Origin: Eledone cirrhosa
Taxonomy: Eukaryota
Assembly (NCBI GenBank): GCA_964016885.1
Contig: OZ024757.1
Span: 558,001-622,000 of the forward strand
Length of the DNA: 64,000 bases
Reading direction: 5' to 3'
Numbering within the stretch: the stretch's first letter is position 1; every line of letters starts with the position of its first letter. The notes under the pieces are model-generated. The model did no database searches. It saw only the letters and a list, made by a program, of their open reading frames with translations, and was not told the DNA's origin. Both the position numbers and the translations under genes were made by a program. Below are positions 52,188 through 62,734 of the stretch, one piece after another.

Positions 52188-54397
52188 TATAACAAAATAC
52201 TGGTGTGTATGAATATAACAAGACCCTAGGTTGTGTATATAACGTTTTATTAACAATTTGAAGTTATGTAGAATAGTATAGTTGACATGTCAATGAGTAG
52301 TAGATGAGAGAATGAAGTAAAGTTATTAGTTATCGTTTTGAAGTTAGCTGGCAAGAGGCCATGTTAGGGTTACCAGACGAACGCGCCTGGCCGGAGGGTC
52401 AGGCAGGTTAGAAGGCCAGGAGCCGAAAGGCAAATGAGAGAGAGAGAGCTGAAAGTTATTCCGTTTATAGGTTCTCAAGACGGAAGTGACAAAAAGGGTT
52501 CTGACACCCCAACGGGAAGTAACTCCAGCTACTTCCTGTCTAGAGAGCGTTAATCTATTGATGTGATCGTCACAACAAGGGAGGCAACTCTTGCTACATT
52601 ATCCCCCGCCAGATTTTTAAAACATAAAAATCGAATGAAACATGTATGGAGTAAAATGGCGAGCATGTAACAGGCATGAAAATTACGAAAAAAAATAATG
52701 TTTGCAATAAAAGGAAAACAGAAAAATATATGCATGCAAAAACCAATGATAGATATCAAGGTAGCCAACCGCTCTTGGCCAGAGAACGACTGGACATCTA
52801 TCGATCCGTCACTCAAAGATACAATGTAATCAAAGTAAAAGAAGAGGTCAAAGTTCAAATGGTCAAAATACAGTTCACAGGTGTACAATCACATGACAGC
52901 AGGAAAGAAAGTGTGTTCCAGAGAATGAATGCAGGTGGTTTCTGGTCTGTGGTATAACGTGAAATTTCCAACCTCTGAAGGGATTTTCTCACAGGAAGAG
53001 TGCTGCAAAAATAAATTATGTGGCTTGTTCCGCTGGTTTTGGTTGTTGATGAAGCTGTGTTGCTGTTGATGTTGTTGTCTCGCGGAGTGAGCGTATTCGA
53101 TGTTTAAATTCACAGTAAAAATGAGTTGCGCAAAGTGCTAGAAATAACAGCCAAAGTTGATGGTCGATGTTGAGAATGCGTTGACCTGGAAGGGTCAAGA
53201 GGCCAGCGACCAAAGAAATAAGCATTTTGAATAAATGCGCAGTTTTCAACGGCAAATTTACGTGGTAAATTTTTAAACCGGCAAATAGGAGAATATAGCT
53301 TAAGGCTGGAGAATCCTTGGCGAGAAACATTATCCCAGGCGTGTGGTTATCTCAGTGAGTCGAGATGTGTGTTGCCTACACGTGCCGAAACAAGGTTAAG
53401 TTGAGAAAAAGAAAAAAATTTCTATTGCGCGAGAAAATGGCGCGAAAATGATAGTGCAACAGGTCGTTGGCAGCCATTTTGAAAAATGTGTGTGAGAACG
53501 TGACAATATGATGAAAAAGAGAGAAAGGCTTCACTTAGTATAACAAATATGGCGAGTTCAATTTTTTTGTGAACGATGAAAAAAAAAACTTGGTGGAAAG
53601 AATAAGCAATAGTTGAGATTCAGCAAAAATAAATGTTCATGTTGAAAAGTGGAAAAAAAAAATCAAATTTCTTTTTTTTTTAAAATGTTCGTTGTAAGAA
53701 ACGAAAAACATATATATACATCCAGTGAAATGCGACACTTAGTTGATGTACGACACGTGCGTGAGATAAAAAGAGTCTGTCTGAACGAGAATTTCACATG
53801 TGCGTGTGTTCGTTTCTGTGTCTGCGTATTTTCCTAGTTTGTTAATAAAGTTTGCTGCGTATTCGAAATGTTGGTCGACCCATTTCAACGAAAATGGGAT
53901 ACTGCTAATTAATTTTCTTTTTCCATACTCACACAACACCAGATTCTGTTATTTTATTCTTTTCTTTTCGGGGTCACCACTTATAACAACATACTGGTGT
54001 GTATGAATATAACAAGACCCTAGGTTGTGTATATAACGTTTTATTAACAATTTGCAGTGATGTAGAATAGTATAGTTGACATGTCAATGAGTAGAAGATG
54101 AGAGAATGAAGTAAAGTTATTAGTTACCGTTTTGAAGTTAGCTGGCAAGCGGCCATGTTAGGGTTACCAGACGAACGCGCCTGGCCGGAGGGCCAGGCAG
54201 GTTAGAAGGCTAGGAGCCGAAAGGCAAATGAGAGAGAGAGAGAGAGCTGAAAGTTATTCCGTTTATAGGTTCTCAAGACGGAAGTGACAAAAAGGGTTCT
54301 ACCTCCCCAACGGGAAGTAACTCCAGCTACTTCCTGTCTAGAGAGCGTTAATCTATTGATGTAATCGTCACAAACAAGGGAGGCAACTCTTGCTACA
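52188..54397 (-). mobile_element. Complete non-autonomous LTR retroelement (Gypsy-type termini)
   Basis: LTRs at 52188-52598 and 53982-54397 (minus strand TGTAGC...GTTATA). 4-bp TSD TGAG (52184-52187, 54398-54401). PBS TGGTGACCCCGA (53968-53979, tRNA-Trp-type). PPT-like GGCGGGGGATAA next to the 3' LTR. No pol. Confidence 0.92.
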
Positions 54398-54562
54398 TGA
54401 GTTACAATATTGTATATATAATCAATTAGATTATATGAATAATTATGGTTGTAAGTAGATTTTATCTTATTACATTACAATAGGTTGTAAGTATATAAAT
54501 ATCTATATAGATTAATAATTGTGCATGTATAAGTATTATAGAAATAAGTTAAAATTATTAGT

Positions 54563-56799
54563 AACATACATAATGACACAAATCTTAGAGGAAAGTCATA
54601 AAATCACTTATATCAACACAAGTGGATAAGTTCCTTCAGAATGAAAATATAAACAGAACATATAAATAAATTTACAGTAGAATAACATAACAAATATGTT
54701 TTAAATATATACATAAATAACATTACAAATGCCTCGGTAACACTACAAAGGATGATATAATGAAAGATATATTCCTTCAATGCTACAATATTAAGGAAAA
54801 TGTAAAAGAAGGGGTGAACAACGGAGCCAACACCAGGGCAAAAGACAGCAACGCGCTAGGAGTACTGGGAAACCTCTCTAATAATGTTTGAGGCAAGCCA
54901 GCACACTCGCAGCGTTGCCCCGGGTGATGACGAGGCTGATGCGCTGAAACAGCCAAGCACCCTCGCAAGATTCGCCAGTCACCTCAATTAGGCGAGCCGC
55001 CAGTGATGAAAGGAACCTCGCAGTCAGCGGCCCGACTCCCCCAAACGTCTCGAAAGCCACAGGCTGAAAAATGTAGCTGGCCGACAGAGCAGAGTATTTG
55101 AGGGTCTTACTCCGTTCGGCTGCAGAAGCTGTGGCTCTCGTCCTCACCGCAGTATCCAGGATGTGGGAAAGAACAAAAGAGTCACTAACAGTGACGTCCC
55201 AGACAAGGCACCTGCCTCTCGACCAAGGGGACAGTGTAAGACCGTCAGGTCTTTTGCCGTCACTTCTGGACAACCTAGATGGTTCCAAGACCGAGGGGAT
55301 ATTCGCCCGGGCCAAAGCTCTCTTCAGAATGAGGTTTATCTCCGTGTGACGCGCGAAGCGGCCGGCATTCAGACGGCAAGAAAGACTGTGGAGTCGAGGA
55401 GTTTGCCGCATCGGCACCTCAAACCCATGCATACGTCGGCTCCCACTCTGAGGGCGATGGAGACACGAAGTTCGTCCAGGCTGAGTAGGCCACCAACGTT
55501 GGTCACGGGTAGGGCATCGACCCAGTCGCCTGAGTATTTGGCGCTGGCAGATAATAAGCGGCACCTTGAAAACTGATCTGAATGGACGAAAGGGAGTCGA
55601 ATGTGGCCCTCGAACATATGCTGTCCCAAGCTCTCTGACTTCGACTGTCCTCCACCTTCTCAGGAAGAGACAAGCCCAGCCCACTCCACCGCTGGAGAGC
55701 TTCACCCAACTCCCTGTTGGAACTAGTCCATGCTGGAGAGGAGAGGATGCTGCTCACCAGGGTGGAGCAAGCGTATGTGGAGGAAAGGAAGCAGGGGAGA
55801 GAGAGGGACGAACACTTACGGAGACCAAGACCCCCAAATCGCTTCGGCAACGCAGCCTGATCGCGCGACTCCGGAGAGAGTCTAACATTGACCAGACACT
55901 CGAGTCTCTCGAAGATTAGTTCGTCGAAGTGTTGGAGGCAGGACGGAAATCTGTGAGAGGGGCTGACCCTGAGCAGATACAGAAGCTTAGGAATAGATAG
56001 GTAGTTCCTGAGCAAGAAGAAACCTTGATGGGGTTCGTTAGCTTCGATATTCCTCAGCAGCTGCTCAAGGCCAACCATCTTCGATTGGAAGGTTGACTCG
56101 AAGGCCAGGTCTGTGATTGGGGCTCCTAAGGAGCACCAAGCCGACGAGAGAGGGACCGCGATGGATGGGAAGGACTCTGTGTTGAGAAGCCGAGTAGTTG
56201 AGGATCCAGAGCTCACATTTGGAGCTATTGATATGGAGACCCCGGCGGCCAAAATCCTCCACCACCCTGTTGGCAGTGGCGAGAACCATATCCAGAGTTC
56301 CCCCCAAAACAGACGTCGTCGAGGTACCAGACATTGAGGTCCAACTCAGCCACCATCTTGGTGACGTCATCAATGCCCAGTGCAAACAGTGCGGGCCCGA
56401 GTGGATCACTCTGTTGGACTCCTGAGGCAGAGGTGATGATCTGGTCACCGAAAGAGAGGTAGGAGGGCTCCCGATAAGCCTGCCAAGCAAAGTGATAGAG
56501 TTGTGGGACCCTTTCTCTTACTGAGCCGAGGACGATGTCGCGGCTGATGGAATTGAAGGCATTCCTGAGGTCAAGTTTGAGGATGACCTTGGAGGACGAG
56601 GAGGGCAAGTTGGCAAATGCTCTGGCAGCGTGGACAGCAGCCTCACATCCCAACCTGGTACCCACCCCCAGCTGGATGGGGGAAAATTCCTCCGCCAGTG
56701 AGTCGGAGACCAACAGCAAACACGCCTTTGCAGTGAGACAGCGAAGAGTGCAGCCAACCGCAATGGGGCGCAGGTCCCCGTTGGGCTTGGTGAGACCAA
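54563..56799 (-). mobile_element. 5'-truncated CRE/SLACS-like non-LTR retrotransposon (RT, zinc knuckle, restriction-like endonuclease), frameshifted
   Basis: QLGVG..GCEAAVH, DLRNAFNS, GVQQSDPLGP, WYLDD, GGLG, CRCG..RH, KRPDGLT..WDVT..KTLKY..FETFG..QRIS..RGNA. GC-rich island; flanked by ATTAGT. Confidence 0.9.
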
Positions 56800-58990
56800 A
56801 TTAGTTGTTTACATTTCTCATATGAGTTACGAAGGATGTTGATTCTGCATTTTACATAAAAAAAACACGTAGTTCAAGTTGTAAGAGGAGAACAATTTGT
56901 AGATTCGAATATTTTGTTCTAACATTGGAAATGTTTTCAGAGTATTGTTAATTTAGCGAAGTTATATAGTTTATCATACATATTATATTATAATATAATG
57001 TTTGTTTGCTCGATTTAAAAGGAAAAGATAACTCCAATCTTGTTTGCTAACCGTTAAATTTGATGAATGATTTACTCAGAAAATATATAGAGAAAATTAT
57101 ATATTATTTTGTGTGAGATTAATTTCAATTATATATTATTTTAGTCGAAACATGTGGGAAAGTTTGAAGATCAAAGAAGAGGAAAAAAGTAATGTGAATT
57201 TCGATGCACTATCGTAAAGAGGATAAATTTCAGAATTTCAATTAAAAATTATCAATCTACATCTAAAAAAATATATTTAGAGGAGTATCATTAAGAAAAT
57301 AATGTCAAATGGTAAAAATAGTAAAAATATTTTTAAAAAATATTTTTAAAATATTAAAAATTAAGAAGAAAGATCATTTAAAAAAATTTAAATTTAAATT
57401 TTTAAAGAAAATACTCAGTAAACAATAGGATCATTTTAAAGGTGTATAAGATATAGTCAAGTGTAATGAATATCATAAAGTAAAAATACTTCTGAAAGTG
57501 GAATTTTGACGATGTCTGAAACTAGAAAATAATTCTGTTTTAAGATTAATAATGTTGACAGTTAACTATATAAAAAGATTTCCTCGATACACAAGTTACA
57601 GAATCTTGAGAAAGCCATATTTCGGTATGCAGGTGCTCTCGAAATCGTTCCCCAAGATATTGAATAGTCTATATTGTTGTCTTTTAAATTCCAAATTAAA
57701 TGTGAAAGTGAAGTGGAATATTTTTATCGGATCTATTAAATGTGTGTTTATGGTTATAGCAGCGTTCTTTGAATTTTGTAAAAGTGGCACCAATATAGTT
57801 AAATATTTTGTCTCTAGTTTTAACTGGGCAATTATAAATTACGTTTTTGTCTAAGCAATTATTTTGTAAGGGGCGGTTTGATTTAATTCTACAGTTACAT
57901 TTTCTGGAGTTGTTGTTATTCGGAACGGTACTATTATTATGAATATTGTTGTTAGAAATATTATTATTGCTATCTTGGTTTGTTTGGTTAGGGTTTAAAT
58001 TTAAGTTTCTATTATTAATTCTATTTATATTTTGTGCTATGTTCATAGTAGTAGAGTAAGATAGTTTTATAGTGTGTCTGTTAAAAATAGAGTGGTTTCC
58101 GTGGGCTTTAGGAAAACATTTATCTAGTGCTTTAAAAAATAGCTTTGCTAAAGGTGTTTTAACGCTTAATGAGAATGGGGTATAGTACCAAATAATATTT
58201 CTAGTTCTAGTTTTTTTGTTTGGTTTAGTATTTAAGTTAAATTGTTTATTATTATTATAATTAATTCTAGGATGATTTGTCATGTTATTGTTATCTATGT
58301 ATTTAATTTTATTCGAGTATCCTGCTCTATGTAAAGCCTCATTGTAATATTCTGCCTTATCTTTAAAAATATTTTTATTAACAGAGATGCGTGAAATCCG
58401 TTGTTGGACACGATTGACAATAGTGTTTTTTATATTTCTAGGATGATTAGAATTGAAACTTACGTAATTTAGATTTTCCTTAATTTTATGGAATGGATAG
58501 TAAAGACCTGTGCTAAGGTTTAAGGTTACATCTAAGTTAACGATTTTGTAATTATTTTCGATTTCTAAATTCAGGTTGTAGTTGTTGAAAAATTGTATTA
58601 TGGATTTCCTTTTCCTATTAATTTCACTATCGAGCAAACATAAACATTATATTATAATATAATATGTATGATAAACTATATAACTTCGCTAAATTAACAA
58701 TATTCTGAAAACATTTCCAATGTTAGAACAAAATATTCGAATCTACAAATTGGTCTCCTCTTACAACTTGAACAATATGTTTTTTTAATGTAAAATGCAG
58801 AATCAACACCCTTCGTAATTCATATGAGAAATGTAAACAACTAATAATTGTAACTTATTTCTATTTCTATAATACTTATACATGCACAATTATTAATCTA
58901 TATAGATATTTATATACTTACAACCTGTTGTAATGTAATAAGATAAAATCTACTTACAACCATAATTCTTCATATAATCTAATTGATTTG
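56800..58990 (-). mobile_element. 5'-truncated Penelope-like retroelement (Nematis-like) with inverted terminal-repeat copy
   Basis: ORF 57696-58637: LDVTLNL..SNHP..RIS..YNEAL..GY..RNIIWY..IFNRHTIKLSYS..CNCR..VIY..YIG..FKER..NH (GIY-YIG). 58630-58990 is the reverse complement of 56800-57013 plus 54420-54560. Confidence 0.88.
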
Positions 58991-61389
58991 TTGGGTTACC
59001 AACAAATTGAATATTCCTTTTGCTTATATATATATATCCCCACTGAAAGTTTCGTGAAATAGTCTTTTAAGACTAAACAGAGCATTTGTAGTTTTTTCAA
59101 ATTGAAGGATTTCACCAAATTCTGTGGATAAATCTATATCCTGATTCTTTTTGAATTGAGTTTGAATTATTTTCCCACATCTTACGTTAACTATTTTTCC
59201 ACTTTGACGCTATAGTCATTTATATATTATGGAATACTGTTAGCTTCTTGCTACAATAATTTCTATACTTTTCATTTATATATATATATATATTTGAAAA
59301 AAGGGAAAAGAATGACTGTTAACAAGTGAAGTCATTCTTTTCCTTTTTTTCATATATACCTAACTGTACTAAGGATCTCACACATTTTCCAATATATATA
59401 TATACATATACATATACATATATATATATATATACATACATATATATATATGTATAAATATATATACATACATTGAAGCCCCCCCCCCATCTCGGTCACG
59501 AATGACCCTGAAAATTTATATAAATATATATACATATATATACGATAGCATGGGTCAGACTACCTTGGTTTCTATTGCTTGATGTCCTTCCTAACACCAA
59601 CCACATTTACAATGTGGACTGGTTGCTTTTCTTGCCTTACCAAAATGACCTATTTATAGGGTGGACTGGGCAGTTATTGTCTCATGTCACTAACATGACC
59701 ACCCTGGAGGGTGGACTGGGTTCTTATTGTTGTGTCACCATCACAAAAAACACGACCACCACCTTAGAAGGCAGAGTGAGTGTATTATCTGTCATGTCAC
59801 CAACTTGAGTACTCATCAGGGCAGCTTGGGTGCCATCTGTCTTGCCACTAACATGACCACTTTACAAAATGAGCTGGGTACCTTCTGTCATGTCCCCAAC
59901 ATGACCACCTCACAGGGTAGACTGATTACTTATTTGTCATGTCACCAGCACAACTACCTTGCAGGGAAGGTTAACTGCTGTTTTGTCATAACACCTGTAT
60001 GACAACCTGACTGAGGGTGAACTGAGGGCTTTTAGCCATTTCAGCAGCATTGTGGGAGAGCATGTTAAGCTTTCTATACTTGACTACATTGGTTGGTCAA
60101 GAGAGGTGCATCAGATGTGGAAAATGGTGTTGGGGTGTGGATTGGAGAAGTAGGTCAGTGTGGGGTACTGAGCTGGAAGGTGGTGGGGTGTTAAGGCATA
60201 GTAGGGTTATGGTGCGTGGAGGAGGAGAAGTGATGCATACTTTAGACCACTAAATGTAGCTATTTGCTGTAGTAGCACCCTGAACTTTTGCCATCCCCTT
60301 CTTACTCTGGTTAATGTACTTTCAGAACACCTACCTTCACTGCTGATTAGGTCACCCAGGTAACAGAATCTGTCAACTGTTCTATAGAACCCTCAAAGAA
60401 TTTCATAGAGCTTGTCCCCTGAGAGTGATTGCTGTTTACTGTTCCAATACAATGACCACATATAAAACCTACATTCTTTGTTAACTTACCTTGGATCCCA
60501 GTACATCTCTTGTGTACCAGATTCTGTATTCAGGACAAAGGATTGAATTTCTCTCACTCTCGCTATATACTTTATATATTTATAAGTGAAGACATATTTT
60601 GATATACATGTTATATATAGGCGCCAGGCCACATCCAGGTCAATTAAGTCACATGGAGTTTTGGTTGACAGGATCTAGCTGGAACTCAACTTTGTTGCCT
60701 CTGGTTTCAAACTTATATCTAGAAACTTTGAGATTGGGAAAATAACATTGGTTGTCATGGTAACAGTAAGATGTCAACAGTGCCACCACCAACTACAAAC
60801 ATGACTTAGAGTTACCTACCTTAGAGTGTGTTCAAATACAAACACAATACCCTCAAACTGTATGGAGGTGTTTTTGTTCAAGGGCTAAATATTAAGTAGA
60901 TATGACATACACACAGAAGAGATATAAAGTATGTATGACAAAATGTGCTGCAGCCAATAGAGGAGAGAGCAGATGTTGATATTAAAGCAGGTGTATGTTG
61001 TTGGTTAATGTTGATTGAACAGGTGTTGTCTACTGGTTTTAGTAGTACCACCTTTCATGTAGGAGAGAGAGACGTTCAATACTGAAGCTTGTGTTTGTTG
61101 CTTTAGTGTCAGCTACTCTGTTGATTGTAAATGAGGCTAATTAGTCATTTACACAGGTGAAAAAACTATATGTTTTCACCTGTCTCAAAGTCCAGCTGTA
61201 GGCAGAGGTAAGCACTGTGATGACGAGAACCATTTTAGTTTGAAATGCAGAGACAAATATACTCCTTGACTTTGCTGAATTCCACCAGATGGCGCTGGCT
61301 GTCAGTCTTCTATTTATAACTGAGGCTTTCAAAACGTTTATTTATTAAACATGCCATATATCTTAGATGTAGTAAATTCTCTCACATAC

Positions 61390-61436
<47 letters not shown>

Positions 61437-61438
<2 letters not shown>

Positions 61439-61626
61439 GAAAAGAGTCAGGACCCCGACGGCTGAGCTCCAGCCATTTCGACAGCTAGTTCAGATCCAGC
61501 TGTCAAAACGGCCAGAACTTAGCCGTCGGGGTCCTGACTCTTTTCCTATTACCCACTCTACTACCCTAAGTATCGAGTACTCTGGTGTGTTATGGTCCAC
61601 CTGGTTCCTTACCACACTTCCTTCAT
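61437..61626 (+). mobile_element. Fold-back hairpin element (duplicate of 33204-33392)
   Basis: Same position within the duplicated block; the left arm retains TTTC (GAAA on the minus strand). Confidence 0.8.
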
Positions 61627-61656
61627 TATATATATATATATATATATAAAGATATG

Positions 61657-61853
61657 CCGAAGGAAATGTGGTAAGGAACCAGGTGGACCATAACGCACCA
61701 AAGTACTCAATACTTGGGGTAGTAGAGTGGGTAATAGGAACCAGTAAGACCCCGACGGCTGAGCTCAAGCTGTTTCGACGGCTAATTCTGGACTAAGTCC
61801 AGAATTAGCCGTCGAAACGGCTTGAGCTCAGCCGTCGGGGTCTTACTGGTTCC
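61657..61853 (-). mobile_element. Independent fold-back hairpin element insertion with 12-bp TSD
   Basis: TATAAAGATATG at 61645-61656 and 61854-61865; a single copy at the paralogous site ~33417-33428; 123-bp palindrome at 61734-61856. Confidence 0.88.
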
Positions 61854-62046
61854 TATAAAGATATGTACGGATAAAATTTGATGTGTGGATCAGTGTACAA
61901 ATGAAAATAAGTAAGATTGCTTACCAAAGTATTTTTCTTGACATGGTCTTTGTATATTGTAAGATGCAGCGACCTCACCTCGAACTTTGAAATCTTTCTG
62001 ATGAAATGTAGTATTTTATGTATTGTTAGTGAATGTGCATAATAAT

Positions 62047-62230
62047 TGTTTCTACTTTTGGCACAAGGCCAGCAATTAACCAGTACATTACTGGTACTTT
62101 ATTTTATCGACCCCATAAGAATGCAAGGCAAAGTTAACCTTGGCGTGATTTGATTCAGACCATAAAGGGCCGTAACTCTTTCCTGCAAAGCATGACACCT
62201 GACTCTCTACTGATACTGCCAATCCACTGC
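62047..62230 (-). mobile_element. Nin/Deu-like SINE with 17-bp TSD
   Basis: TGAATGTGCATAATAAT at 62030-62046 and 62231-62247; empty site at ~33594. Confidence 0.92.
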
Positions 62231-62342
62231 TGAATGTGCATAATAATATGTAACCAGCAGTTGTAGACTGATATTGTATTGAAACATGGGTTAAAGAATG
62301 GACTTTGATTAAATTCTTCTCTTCTAACCTATATTTCATGCC

Positions 62343-62731
62343 TAGTGACATTGGGGGAAGACAATAGCTACTAGGGTGAGATAGTGACATTGGGGTGAAG
62401 ACAGTAGCTACTAGGGTGAGATAGTGACATTGGGGTGAAGACAGTAGCTACTAGGGTGAGATAGTGATATCAGAGTGAAGACAATAGCTGCTAGGGTGAG
62501 ATAGTGACATTGGGGTGAAGACAGTAGCTACTAGGGTGAAATAGTGACATTGGAGTGGAGACAGTAGCTACTAGGGTGAGATAGTGACATTATGGTACAG
62601 ACAGTAGTTACTAGGGTGAGATAATGACATTAGGGTGAAGACAGTAGCTGCTAGGGTGAGATAGTGACATTGGGGTCAAGACAGTAGCTACTAGGGTGAG
62701 ATAGTGACATTGGGGTGAAGACAGTAGCTAC
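62343..62731. repeat. Short (~10-unit) array of the 40-bp satellite
   Basis: Same consensus and orientation as 1-12560, followed by the same RTE fragment. Confidence 0.97.
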
Positions 62732-62734
62732 AAG

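Larger units (their letters stand above)
59542..62345 (+). repeat. Segmental duplication block, copy 2 (paralog of 30786-33712)
   Basis: Colinear; lacks ~31870-32390 and carries two extra insertions. Confidence 0.95.

Noticed and set aside
52550-53330. gag or env ORFs inside the LTR element
   Set aside because: Short ORFs with no zinc knuckle, protease or other recognisable retroviral motif.
55098-56804. Plus-strand ORFs in the GC-rich island; possible foreign or bacterial DNA
   Set aside because: They are antisense to the CRE-like ORF, and the GC content is explained by the retrotransposon.
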